This document shows, one piece after another, positions 12,510 to 25,180 of a DNA stretch of 64,000 nt (position 1 is the first letter of the stretch; every line of letters starts with the position of its first letter). The notes below the pieces were generated by a model. That model searched no databases and was not told the origin of the DNA. It saw only the letters and a program-made list of their open reading frames with translations. The stretch comes from Pseudogymnoascus verrucosus (lineage: Eukaryota): NCBI GenBank assembly GCA_001662655.1, contig KV460223.1; one strand, 5' to 3'. A program made the position numbers and the translations under genes.

Positions 12510-12990
12510 GGTGGTGTCGATGAGCCTCGTGGAAGGGGGCGACTGTGTTGTTTCATGACTGATGATTTCGCTAGAGGATGGTAGGGTTGCATATAGGGCC
12601 GGTCAGCGCGCATTTGCTTTTGCTGTTAATCCCGCGGCGTTCTCTTTTGGTGGTAAACGGGGGGATGGCGGTGGTGGATCGGTGGACCAAAAAGGTGGGA
12701 TGATAGAGGATAGGCTATATTCAATAATAATACTCTTACTCTGATTTTCGTTTCAAGCGTCTTACTGCTCGTCTAGCGAGCTGCTATTGAACGTTTCCTC
12801 CTCCATCTGCGATAATATTCTCGAATCGCTTCTTGGTGCCTCACGCAAGCAGCGTGCTGGTAGGACGCTGTCTCGGCGTTTCGCTTTGATAGATCCCCAT
12901 CTTCGCGGCGCCATGGACAGACGCCATCACCTAAATATCGTGGCCCAGTATCTGAACCTACCACAGTATTCTTTCCTCGCCCGCAGTTCC

Positions 12991-13695
12991 TCAATCCAAT
13001 ACCCCTCTAACGTCCTCTTCTCTTCTCTTCTCGGGCTCATACCCCAGCTCAACCCCCACTACATCCATCACGTTCCCCCTACCACCTCCACCGCTCGTCT
13101 CACTCCACTCCTTCAACGTGCGCTCCTCGCTCTCCTTTAGCGCGGCGCTTAGGTCATCTAGGCGGCCGTGGACGGCATATCCTATCTTATCCAGCTCCTT
13201 CGCGAGCTCCAGCTGGTGGTTGTCGAGTAGTGCTGGATTGGGAACGAGGATAAGCGGAAGGGAGAGGCGAAGGGCATCGAGGGCTGTTCCTGCGCCTGGG
13301 GTTGTGTTAGCATGATTCTCCATCTCCACGCTGTTTATTCACACGGCCCGCAAGCAAACAACAAAGGAATGCAATGTAAACTAACCAGCATGAGAAACAA
13401 TACACCCCCTCCTCCTCCCATCATTTTCGTTAGCTTTACACTCCCTCATCTCCTCCCCCAATCCTCCCCCTTGGAACCCAAACGCTCTAACACTCAGCCC
13501 TAGGTTTTCCAGCGTTGGAGCGAGCTTCGTAATCCATTCCTGTGCGGGGATTAGGTCCGCGCCGCATTGGAGGGTGAGATTCGTGTAGCCCTGTGATGAG
13601 AGGGTAGAGAGGAACGCGGGGGAGAGGGAGGCGGAGAGGAGGGTGGGGAAGGGAGCCGTAGCGCCCAGGGTTATGAGGCAGGTGCGGGGGGGCAT
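12991..13695 (-). CDS. ALG13: UDP-GlcNAc transferase subunit Alg13 (GT28 C-terminal fold)
   Basis: Exons 13695-13386 and 13295-12991. Motifs LITLGAT..F, LQCG, IVSHAG|AGTALDAL and VPNPALLDNHQ.ELA. Confidence 0.92.
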
Positions 13696-14309
13696 GGGGG
13701 ATGGTTGTGAAGGGAATAGTGTTGGTGGTGGTTTGCAGATGCCAGGTTGGTGATGTGGTGGTTGTTCGAGCACTTGGAGCTGCGAGGCGTCTGTGGGTGT
13801 TGAGGAGCCGTAAGTTGTGTGCTGGGAGCTGCCAGAGAGGTAGGGAAGGTAGTGAGTGATGCTTGGTCGAGGATGGGGCGGTCGGTCTGGGGTTGGCGAT
13901 TCTGCCGGTTTTGGAGAAGCGGTGAGAATTGTTTGGGTATATGCTTGGAGTTGGATTGATATTGCTCGATTATGTGATAATGAGAGGGAAGGGAAGATAG
14001 CTATTAGATATAAATTTTAAATGGTCATTTTGCAAATTAAATAACATTAAAATTCGAATTAATTTTGGTAGGTCGTTCCCTCCCAAGGTTCTGCCCATCC
14101 GCTCTCCCAAATGGAATGATGCTTTTGTGCCTAATAATTCAGGCATACAGATATATCTCCATCGTCAAAAAGTTCCGCACCTCCTAGAGCTCAACGACCA
14201 AAAGCGGCAGCTGCGCCACGACATCCCCCTTTGCAGCGCGCTCCCGTCAATCGAGTGCTTTAGCACCCGCACAATCAATTCTACTCAATTGCAGGAACTA
14301 CACGTCGCC

Positions 14310-15497
14310 ATGTCGACAGCAGCATCTAGTCTGCGTCTCGCAGCCAGGAGGTACCAAAGCGGCCTCGCGAGCAAGCAATCTCCTCTCCTCCGAAGCTTCA
14401 CCACCTCCTCCCCTCGTTTCGAGGAATCCACACCCAAAGGCCCCAAGGAGCCCGCCCCTGCCGCCTCCCTAAACCCCGAGGAAGCGCAATGGGCCCGCTT
14501 CGAGAGCACGATCGAGTCGATCCGACACGGCGAGCTAGCGAGTGCGTCAGCCCGCATCCTGAACAAGAATATGACCGACGCACAGAGGCGGCGGCGGCCG
14601 GCATCGGTGCCGCAGAAGAAGCAGAAGATGGGTCTCCTGAATATGGGCGAGAAGGACAGCGTTGAGGACCCGGAATTCGAGGAGGACGATGTCTCATCCT
14701 TGGCGCATGGGGATCTCGAGCAGCACCGCGAGTTCCGCAAGTATGCGCGGCTAATGGCGTGGGAGATGCCGCTACTGACGAGTATGTTTATTTTGTGCCT
14801 TGGGTGAAAGGGGATACGATATGCTAACACACGAAACAGAGATGGCGAAACCGTTTGTACCTCCGAACCAGAACCAAGTGCTACGCTTCAGGTACACGAC
14901 ATACATGGGTGAGGACCACCCCGCAGAGAAGAAGGTGGTGGTTGAGTTCTGCCCCGACGATATCCCGGGACTTGAGCCAGTACAGAAGGACAAGCTCAAG
15001 AAGCTAGTTGGCGTGCGTTTCAACCCGGAGACGCAGATCGTCAAGATGAGCAGCGAGATGTTCGAGTCGCAGGCACAGAACAAGCGCTACCTAGGCGACC
15101 TCGTGGATAGTCTCGTGCGTGAGGCCAAGGTATGTGTTCTCTTTAACAGCTATGAGCATTTTCATTGGGTTGGTTAACTAACATATTACAGGATCCCAAG
15201 GACACGTTTGAGGATGTCCCTCTCGATACGCGCCATCACACGTTCAAGACGAAGCCTAAGTTCCCGCGCGAGTGGCGCATTACCCCAGCGAGGCAAGCAC
15301 AGCTTGACGCGGGCCGGGCGGAGGCACTGAAGCTTGATCAGGCGAGGGTGGAGAGCGGGTTGCTCGTTGATGGAGGAGCTTTTGTCAGGGAGGCGCATGC
15401 GCAGGCAGCGAAGTTGGCTGGGGCTGCGAAGCTCGCGGAGCCAGCTGTGATTGCGGGCAGGGGTAAGGCACCGAAGAAGGTGTCTGTGAGGCGGTAG
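14310..15497 (+). CDS. RSM24: Mitochondrial small ribosomal subunit protein mS35/Rsm24
   Basis: Arg/Ser-rich mitochondrial presequence; introns 14782-14839 and 15130-15191. Motifs LRFRYTTYMGEDHPAEKKVVVEF, SSEMFESQAQNKRYL and DTFEDVPLDTRH. Confidence 0.92.
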
Positions 15498-16148
15498 AGA
15501 GTGTACGAATGTGGGATTAGGCTGCATTGTAAGATACTGTTGTATATGGACGTGGAATAGAATAGACGATGTATTTGTTTTATATTATCATATTTACACA
15601 TATTTGGAGGCTATAGGAGCAGATCAGAGAAGTTTCTTCTTTGGTATAATTTTCACCACGGAGATACTGATTAAAGTGCCGACTCTAGACGTCTTTGAGG
15701 TCACAATTAAGCTTCTTGCTTCTCACTCTGGTTATGTCACGTGCACAGAATGGACGGCACTCGGGCGAATAGCAACGTCCGGCTCGGATTTTTTGACGTA
15801 TTAGCGGTTAAATAGCACGTGACTTGCATGTGCCCATACCGGTTCTGGTTAGATCGTAATTCACATGCCTCGGTCTCGGTACCTAGTCTTCGATGCAAGT
15901 GTGGGGAAGTCAGCCAGATGCATGACAATTTGCGGAGGGACCGTCGTCATCCGGGGAAGCTGATTTCATATCAATCGCCCCTTCTTTCTTCTCTACATTC
16001 CCCCGTTACAATATCACCGTTGCTCTTCCCTATCGAATAAATCATCATATAAAACCTTTTAATTCAACATCAGAGATCCCTAAGTTGGCAGAACTGCCAC
16101 CCTTGACGACTTTTATACACAAGCGCTAGCCGATAGCAAACCGCCGCC

Positions 16149-17883
16149 ATGGCGCCCCAAGCTCAAGCACCAGTTAAATTGGACGCGTTCGAGAACACGC
16201 CCATCGAGAACCTCCCCTCTATCGCCGCCGGCGTGCGCCTCGCCTATGTCTCGCAAAAGACGCGCCCTATCGCATGGCGTATCCAGCAGCTGCGCAAGCT
16301 CTACTGGGGGCTCGTTGATCTCACCCCTGACTTCCTCGAGGCATTGAAGCTCGATGTCGGCAAGTCGGTCTACGAGTCTCAGGTCACAGAGCTCGAGTGG
16401 TGCAAGAACGACATTGTTTTCGTCACCAAGAACCTCGAGAAGTGGGCACAGGACGAGTCGCCACCAGACATCACTCTGCCAAACAAGTTCATGAGCCCCG
16501 TTATCCGCAAGCAACCACTCGGCGCCGTCCTCGTCATCGGCTGCTGGAACTTCCCCATCCAACTCAGCATTGGCCCGTTCATCGGAGCCATCGCTGCTGG
16601 CTGCACCGCCGTGCTCAAGCCCAGCGAGATCAGCCCTGCGTCCGCGATGGTGCTGAAGAAGCTCATCGAGAAACTCGACTCAGACTGCTTCGCCGTCGCC
16701 AACGGAGGCAAGGATGAGACCACAGTGCTTCTGAACGAGAAGTGGGACAAGATCTTCTACACGGGTAACTCCGTCGTCGGAACGATCATCGCGAAGAAGG
16801 CGGCTGAGACCCTTACGCCCATCGCGCTCGAGCTGGGTGGACGCAACCCTGCCTTCGTGACGAGAAACACAGACCTCCGTCTCGCGGCTCGCCGCCTGCT
16901 CTGGGGTAAGCACATCAACGCTGGCCAGGTCTGCATTAGTCAGAACTACACGATGGTGGATGCCGATGTCTGCGATGAGTTCATCCAGCAGCTACGTGTC
17001 GCCAACAAGGAGTACTATCCCAACGGCGCAAAGGCTAGCCCGGATTTCGGTCGCATTGTTTCCGATCACCATTTCGCCCGCATCAAGAAGATGCTTGATT
17101 CGACACAGGGCAAGATCGTTATCGGTGGCGCCACCGATGCCGCGGACCGGTTCATCGAGCCCACAGTAGTACTGGTTAAGGACCAGAACGACTCGCTCAT
17201 CACGGAAGAGTCCTTCGGCCCGCTCCTCCCTGTCCTCGCCGTCGCGAACCTCGACGAAGCTATCCGCATTGCTAACGAGGTGCACTCCACCCCGCTCGGC
17301 CTATACGCCTTCGGTAACAAGGAGGAGGTCAACCGCATCCTTGCAGCTACTACTAGTGGCGGTGCCACCATCGGAGACGCGCTGTTCCACGCCAGTATCC
17401 CTACTTTGGCGTTCGGTGGTGTCGGTGACTCCGGACAGGGCAGTTACCGCGGAAAGGCCAGTTTCGACTGCTTCTCGCATCGTCGCCCCATCACCCGTAC
17501 ACCTGGATGGATGGAGAAGCTCCTCGATATTCGTTACCCCCCATACAGTGGCAAGGTACGTTTTTGACCCCTTTCCCCCTCTTATCCTCACCTCCAGTCT
17601 AGCCTCGACTGGCTGTGTAGGTGGGGATCATAATGAAATGAACATAACCAAGCTAACTCCCTCCCAGCTCCAAAAGATGATTGCCACATCTGCCGTCAAG
17701 CCCAACTTTGATCGCCAGCTGCGCACCAAGTACGGCATCACGGACTATCTCCGCGCCGCGTTCCTTCTGGGCGGCAGCGGTGTGAAGGAGGGCTTCACGA
17801 GGTGGGTTCTTTTTGTTTTGATCGCGGCAATTGCGAAGAAGGGGATTGATAGCCGCGGTGGGTTGCCAAACTACCTGAGGTAG
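16149..17883 (+). CDS. ALDH3-type fatty/apocarotenoid aldehyde dehydrogenase (Hfd1/CarD-like) with C-terminal membrane anchor
   Basis: Motifs IGCWNFP, FYTGN, LELGG, AGQVC, EESFGP and FGGVGDSGQG. Intron 17556-17667, then a hydrophobic C-terminal exon. Confidence 0.92.
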
Positions 17884-18495
17884 GGGGCTATTACTAAGAA
17901 TGCGTAGGTGATCGTGCGAGGCTGTAGGTGATGGTGGAAGTGGAGAAGGGCTAGAAAGAAAGGGGCTGAATTTTGTGAGGAAAAGAATGGGGGACCCTGA
18001 GAGAAGGGAGGGAGCGCCTAGACCCCAGGCGACCGGTTCGGTTGAGGGGAAGCTGTTTGATCTGTATACTCCATGCTTTAACGCTAGCGCCTATGTACTC
18101 CATTTCCTATGTCTACTTCTCCGCTGTCGCCAACACAGTTGCCGTCAGCACCGTAAGATTATGTATGCTCCGAAAGCTTGTTTAAGAATACTACAAAATG
18201 ATTACAAGAGAGGTTTTATATGTCTATGATATGTTATGTTGCATTTCACATTAGCGCTTTAGGCTTCTACCTACGAATAGCGTTGCTCCTATCCTGTCTC
18301 TGACATCTCATCGCCCCAGAGTAGTGGCGGTGATCTCGTATAAACAGCCATCTAACTTAATCATAGTTCGGTGTTGATTCTACCACACCAGCTTCGTCCT
18401 CCACAGCACGTAGTACTCTCGCGTTAACCTCAACCAGCGCAGCAACCACGACCTAAATTCCGACTTGAACGTTGTGTCTGCGGATGCACACCCAA

Positions 18496-18957
18496 TTACT
18501 CCACATCTGGTCTATCCCCATTGAACTCCTGTCCCGGGCCCGGCCTACCAGCCGTAGACGTCTCAGCATCTTGTCCGTCCAAACGCATCCTCCTTTAATA
18601 CTGCTCCCGCAACGACTTAATCTGCATCTGATTTTCCGGGGACGCAGGATCTCTAGAACCGGGCGCGGGTGCTGTGTGGGGCGTACTCGTTCCTTCCCGG
18701 ACCGCATCCAGCCTTCTCTTGTTCTCTTGGTCCAGGCGCAACAACTTTATTTGAAAATCTTCGACGGCAGAGCTAGGAGCCATAGGCGCTGTGTAAGGTG
18801 CGCCTGCGCCAGCGTCCTGTTCTTGTATGGCCTCCTGCAGCCTCCTTCTGTTCTGTTCCTCTAGGAGCATCAGCTGCATTTGGAGGTCTTCGAAGCGGGA
18901 GCTACCGGTGGTGGGTGTTGGGTTAGGTGGCCCAGGTTTCGTGTTCATTTGAGTCAT
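18496..18957 (-). CDS. Hypothetical protein with repeated (E)DxQMQLMLLEQxNxRRL helical motif; possible premature stop at 18597-18595
   Basis: Three imperfect repeats. The third is cut by TAA, and the frame stays open for 32 more codons to 18496. Confidence 0.55.
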
Positions 18958-19535
18958 GGCTGGTTTTGTAAATAAATTGTTTTGAAGCTAGCTATCAAGG
19001 TGTATGAATAAGTTTTTTGTTAATTGGATCGAATCGGAGATCAAAGCTGCCACTGTATAAGTCCACTGTATTCTATTTGTGTCGTCGTTTCGACCACAGC
19101 CAAGAGTTCCAACATGAGTGATTGGTTAGGTAACATATGTGTCACGTGCCACATGCCCATCCTATCGATACGAACACGTGCCTCATACAAAATCCGGCCC
19201 AAGCTTTTTTCTGATTGGATAACCAAACATCAAATTGTGTGCGGGGTCTTGGCCAATGGCGACTTTCGATAAAGAGCAATCGAACTCTCTCCGACACTTT
19301 CGCCTCACACCGACTTCATCATCAAAGAAATCAACGCTACTTCAGCCTCCTTACAGCCAAAACTCCAGCACCTGTCAACTACCAACTTTTGAAATACAAT
19401 CGTCTTACGACTTCAATCAAATACTTCAATCTTCGTCGACTTTACAACTCGTCAAACAACGTCACAGTTCGACCGCTGAGTCAAAGCACCAAACCCATTA
19501 CCACCACTTATCAACAACCGTGGCCGCCCTCAAAA

Positions 19536-20493
19536 ATGGCGCTTTTACAAACCAAAAGTAACAGTCAAAGTAATAATTGCAGTGGCGAGGTGGTTGCACG
19601 TCGTGCTGTCGTCCTCGCCTCGGCTTATGTCGTCGATCGTACTTCGATATTGACTGGATTCCACTACTCCACTACCGGGGCGGACGGTTAGTCCTCTCCC
19701 TCCCCCTTCTGACAGCTACAGCAGAAACTAACATACACACAGGGGCACAGTGGTATTCCTGAGGTCCCTTCCTCAGGCGTTCCCTCCCCGCCCTCCAGCC
19801 CCCCCCTCGCGGCCTTCACCTCAGCCAACGAACTCGCCTACGTCTCCGCGGGCAAATCCCGGAGACACGGCGACGATGGCACCGCGGTGAGGGGGGGGCG
19901 TGCCGGCGGGGCAGCGCATTCCATTCGGGAAGAGTGTGAGAGACTCTTCTGCGAGACCATGACTACTGTATTCCTTGGTGAGAGGGACTCGATAGCGCAT
20001 GGCTCCTACGAATGGACTGCGAACGCGCATTCACCCCCACAAGAGGGGATGGATGGGCAGAGCTATTTCAAGAACGCGGTCCAGCGCCACAATGGCGTTG
20101 GGTCGTGGCTGGAGCTCTGGGACTATGCCGGCGGGTGTAGTTTCAAGGGCTTCGTGGCCGGGGCAGACGACGAAAGGTGTCTGTTCACGTTTTTTGATCA
20201 CTCAGTTATCAATCGCGATTTGAAGCAAGCGTAGGTGCACCACAAGTTTTCCGAAGGAAGAATTCAAATGCTAACAAAAATGTAGATTGATGGCAATAAT
20301 CGATCTGGCAAGCAGTCCCTTGGGATGTTCTCAGGTTGTGGTTTGCCTCGACAGGTCGATTTCGGCCGAGGATAGCAAGTCACTACTGAAGAGCCTCCGA
20401 TGGGTCGGCTTCGAGCTGGTCACACTCGACTTATGGGCAGAATCACGCAGCAGCCCGAGCAACGAGTGGCTTTTCCTTGGAATGGAGTTGTAG
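19536..20493 (+). CDS. OAZ1: Ornithine decarboxylase antizyme (needs +1 ribosomal frameshift)
   Basis: ORF1 is 19536-19686 + 19743-19762 and ends TGG TAT TCC TGA. The +1 frame from 19761 reads EVPSSG..IREECERLFCE..WDYAGG..DLKQA|LMAIIDLA..L.WVGFE..WLFLGMEL. Second intron 20231-20285. Confidence 0.93.
19751..19777 (+). promoter_or_regulatory. Programmed +1 frameshift site UCC-UGA with overlapping 7-bp hairpin
   Basis: TCC at 19757-19759 and TGA at 19760-19762. CCTGAGG (19758-19764) pairs with CCTCAGG (19771-19777). Confidence 0.85.
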
Positions 20494-21810
20494 AGAAGAC
20501 GGTTCTCCGACTCACACTGCAATGCGGTATAATATATTCTTGGCAACGAGACACAGCAAGTTTTCGATCAGGTTCTAGATCAGGTTCTCAATTAGGTGGC
20601 GCGTGGAGGAGCATAGTTTGGGCGAGGTTTTTACGCTATTGGGGTTATTGGAGCATCTGCTGCGTCTGCTGCCTTTGGCTCGTAGGTTCTCTGTTGAACA
20701 GAGGGATCACAGAATGAATATTTGCACAAAATGAAATTTATTACGATGTAATGACTACTTCTGGAAACTATGAAACCGATGTGCTATGCCTTTGTTCTAC
20801 TAGAAATCAGTGCCTTTTGCCACCCAAAAGTCAGAAGAGGGACTGTCCGTAATGTCACCGTTTACAGCAAGTATAAGTAAAATAACTGCTCTCAACCTCT
20901 CAGAGTAGTAACCATATAAGGTAATTTTTAAAGCCATAGCTAAAATAATAAGTTCCATTAGCTTGCATGCAAGTATTAATTCCCAGCTTCAAGTGGTCCC
21001 ACTTCGGACTTTGACTGGCAGAACATGTCAGACTCGGAAGTGGGGCCTGTGACTGTAATCGATAAGCAGCACGTGTCCAACCAGGCTACGCATACAGTTA
21101 ATGCTGTTTATACAGGTTTATAGTACATTTCTTGCATCGAAATATTGAATAAAGTTAGTCTAAATCTGAAAGATATAGTTCAAGAAACGCAGCTTAGGAA
21201 AAGGGAGAATGATTCTGTTCATTATATCACTAACAATCACGACTTCAGGGGATTAAACCCTGCCGCTACGAAACGGGATCATCCCAACTCTTCACTCCCG
21301 CACTTGCTTGAATGGCCAAATAGTCGTCACACTGTCTCAAAGATATTATTGACAGGCAAACTACCACAATACTTACCATATGCCCATCTATGTATTTTAG
21401 TAGCTCGGATCTTCTTGTCCAAGCCACCTACTTATCGGGTGATCGATCACCTGGCCGAACCCTGCGATTATTAGCTGCGTTCTTGATCATTAGCCCACTC
21501 TCCGACTCTCCAACTTCGCCCGACATTTCGTTATCTCTCTACACAAGCCAGCGCAACCGCAAACCGCTATCGTGATCTTGACTATGGCCTAGCCCGTCCA
21601 CTTTCAAGATACAGCTAGACGTGATATACTCTCCGCGCCTTCTCAGAGCATCTACAGCCATCATACTCCTCGCCGAGACTTAGAAATTCCGCGCCATACT
21701 AAGGTGCCGCCCTGCATCTCCGGCATCGCCTGTGAGCTACCCAGCTCCCACCTCAACACACAAGTCTCAACCACGACCACAGCTCTACCCTCTCAAACCA
21801 CCTAGCCGCC

Positions 21811-22635
21811 ATGCTTCCTCCCGAACCCCCATCCTTCGCAACCTACCTCGTCTCCTCCCTCACCACCCTCCCCCGCCCCTTCCGCAAGCGCCACTCCTCA
21901 ACCCCCAGCACCAGCTCCACCAGCTCCACCACCACAGCACCAACAATCTTCTCCCTAGCCACCAGCTTCGGATCCCTCAACACCTCCCCCAGCACCTCCC
22001 CAACCTCACCTACCTCGCCCTCCTCCTTCAGCCGCTCTCCCGGGAGCTACTACAACCCCGACCCAGACACAGACCCAACACAAACCTATAACCTCCACTG
22101 CGCCCGTCCCGACCACCTCAAATGCTCCACCTGCGCCACCGACCTCGCCTTCGCCTCCCAAATAATCAGCAAAGCCTTCACCGGCCGCCACGGCCGCGCG
22201 TACCTCGTCTCCCCGCCCGCCTCCCCCCAGGGGGCTGATAAAAATACACAGCCTAGCCTCATCAATATCACGATCGGCAGGCCGATGAGTAGGCAGCTGG
22301 CGACGGGGGCGCATGTGGTGGCGGATATCAGCTGTGCAATTTGTGAGAAGGTGGTGGGGTGGAAGTATGTTGATGCTAGGGAGGAGGGGCAAAAGTATAA
22401 GGTGGGGAAGTTTATATTGGAGATGAGGAGGGTGGTGGTGGTGAAGGGGTGGGAGGATGTGGTTGTTGAGAGGGGTAGGGGGGAGATGGGGGGAGGTGAT
22501 GCTGTGGAGGGGGATGGGGAGGGGGAGGATGTGATGTTTGATTCTGAGGATGAGGATGAGTGTGATGAGATCTTTGCGGGGACGTGGGATAGGGTTGCTG
22601 TGAGGAGGAGGAGGGCGAGGGCAGCGTCTGGGTAG
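21811..22635 (+). CDS. Yippee/Moh1-family zinc-binding protein
   Basis: Motifs CSTC..IISKAFTGRHGRAYL, R.L.TGAH.VADISCAIC..VGWKY..A.E..QKYKVGKFILE. Confidence 0.9.
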   Translation: MLPPEPPSFATYLVSSLTTLPRPFRKRHSSTPSTSSTSSTTTAPTIFSLATSFGSLNTSPSTSPTSPTSPSSFSRSPGSYYNPDPDTDPTQTYNLHCARPDHLKCSTCATDLAFASQIISKAFTGRHGRAYLVSPPASPQGADKNTQPSLINITIGRPMSRQLATGAHVVADISCAICEKVVGWKYVDAREEGQKYKVGKFILEMRRVVVVKGWEDVVVERGRGEMGGGDAVEGDGEGEDVMFDSEDEDECDEIFAGTWDRVAVRRRRARAASG

Positions 22636-23804
22636 AGGGGGTGGGAGTTCATATGATTAACGATTGGGTAGTAATATATGGGAGTGGTCACTGTGGGATT
22701 AAGGGTGGTTTTGTTTCGAGGACTGGAGCCTACGAACTGCTGGAGTACTGATGGGCCGGCGTTTCTGTCATACATACCCACTTCATTATAATATAGATGA
22801 CGGTTACCTGGGATGTGGCCGCGGGTTTAATATATATGCATTCTTTCAGATTTGAGGTCTAGTCTAGACTGCATTTATGGATCTTGTGCAAGCCTTGTCG
22901 TACGGAGGAGAGTGGCAGCAGGGTGGTTCAACTCCACCGTCGGGGTTCCCGGTGGCAACGCACCTGTCCTACCACTACGGATATCAAAAACAACTACAAT
23001 GCTTCTTCTCGTCATACAGTACTCATGTCGTCCAAAAGCCCGTACAAAGACTGTGCACAAAAGCTGATGGTTACACATCGGCCATGGTTATAATAATATC
23101 GCTCAGTCACTCGGGGCTGTAATCATTAAGCTACTTACTTGTGAATAGAGTAGAGATAAATTCTATTAGTTTCATGGAATTTATCTCCCTCGGTGTATTT
23201 ATGAGTCCTCATCTAAGATAGCCCCCCTCCAAACCCCTTGGCGGTTCGAGTAACATTGGAAATGGCATATCAGACAGCGACAGACTTGGCTAGTCTGCCC
23301 TCGTTTGCCTAGCTACCCACATCCTATTTCTCATTTCCCCTACCATTTTTTTTCTGTATAACTTTCTATTTTCTTTCCTATTACCTCTTACCCCACAAAC
23401 GAACGACCCCATCGGCCTCGTCACCTCCTCCACAGCAGTGGTCCCGCCACGACATCCAAGCCCGACTCAACCGGCTTGGCGAGTCACTTTCTGCACTTCC
23501 CAGACCTGCAGATAGCCAACGCACCGACTGGCACTCAGAAAAACGCAAGAAGAGGCAGGTATACCCAGATATACCCAGATTAGAAGGTTGATGATTGGTA
23601 TTCGGAGCATGTATATTAACTAATTTAACACCCCGCACCAGCGGTACAATCCGCGCACCCTCCCAGAGGAGTGCTTTCGCCGTCCCGAAATCAAACAGGC
23701 CACGCTAAACCGCAATATCCAAGACAATATCCCAAGAAAAAACCCGTGTAGATTTTGTTTTTTCCCATTTTAAAAAAACGCCGCCCAGAAAGTGCTACTG
23801 CATC

Positions 23805-24310
23805 TCAGCCCTTGTGGAACAAGCCGCGCAAGCCCTTCTTTTTCCGGTGATTTCGCTCGCTTGAATCGGTCTCCCCCGACGACCTCCCCGCCTCCTCCTC
23901 TCTCGATTTGAACCCCCCATCGCCGTCTAAGGTGGGGCTGGTGCTCTCTTTCGAGGAGGAGGAGGATCCGGGTTTGGGGACAACGGTAACGGTGCTATCG
24001 ACGTACTGGATGTTCTCGTACACTTGTGTCGGGTCGATGAAGCCTTTTGATGAGACGCGCCGCGAGGAGTGGAAGCGGAGGCGGGAGTGGGAGCGAGCGA
24101 GGGGGATATCAAAGGACTCGATGCAGGCGTCGGGTGAGAGGTTCGCTTCGGGGTGGGGGAGGGTTGTGTTGCGGTCTGGGGAAGGGTTAGTTAGGTTGGT
24201 GGAAGAGACGTAGCAGGGGAGAACTTACGAAGACACAGTGGCTCAGGGAAGCCAGTATATCTGATGCCGTTGAACTCCTGGTCTGGCACTTCTTGGATGG
24301 CGGAGGCCAT
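23805..24310 (-). CDS. Hypothetical protein (2 exons, ~150 aa)
   Basis: Exons 24310-24229 and 24175-23805 are joined by a GTAAGT..CTAAC..CAG intron into one open frame, MASAIQEVPDQEFNG...RGLFHKG*. Confidence 0.7.
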
Positions 24311-25180
24311 TGTGAGGGTAGGTGTATATCCGTACAGTAAGTATGTGGCGTTATTCGTGCTGCCTATAGCACAGTAGATATAAAGGTCTCGGTTTTTGGT
24401 TGAGGTAAGTTAAATCAGAGGTGAGCGTTGAGGTAGAGCAAAGGAGAAGTATTTATGGGTGAGATATGTACTGGAGTATAAAAGGACAAGAGGTAAGTGA
24501 GACAGAGACAGAGACAGAGATAGAGATAGAGACACAAAGGCGAATAAGTAGCAAGACCGATCGGACTCACCGTGCATACTTATGTATTGGCCACTTGACC
24601 CTTCCAAGGATATTTTATTCATTATTGACCTGTCGGCAGCGACTAATGCAGAGGCTGAATGTTGAGAGAATTAAGACATGCATGTGCAGGGGGAGAAGGG
24701 GGAAAAGTAGTTGAGTGGTGGAGTAGTGCGGTGTAGCCTTCTTGGCCGAGTGGAGGGGAGTGGAGGGGGTGACGTATGTTTGTGGGTGTGCTTGGATAAA
24801 TTTTTAGCGCGCGTGAAAGTGTCACAGCTGCTGCATTCGTCGGTCATCTTCCGCTGCCAATCAATCCATATAGGGCGGGTCGCTTGAAACTAGAGAACGA
24901 TCACGTGACTATCGGATATACTTTGTACCATTTGTACCTATGATCGAGACCGCAAGGCTGAACTAAAATAAGAGGCAAAGCCCTGTGTGCCTCCAGCGCT
25001 TCCTGTAGCGCTTCAGACTCCTTACTTCATGCCGCCAGCGTCTCAGATAGCCACGTTCTGCCTATCACCTTGCGCTTGTTAGGCGCCTCTAGGATCCGCG
25101 GATCTTCAATGCCTAGATCATTCCATGCGTTCCTCCTCCGCTACACCAATAGAGCCCAGTTATTATTCTAAACCGGAACC

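Noticed and set aside
24498..24536. (GAGACA/GAGATA)n microsatellite
   Set aside because: Short ordinary simple repeat in a 5' region.
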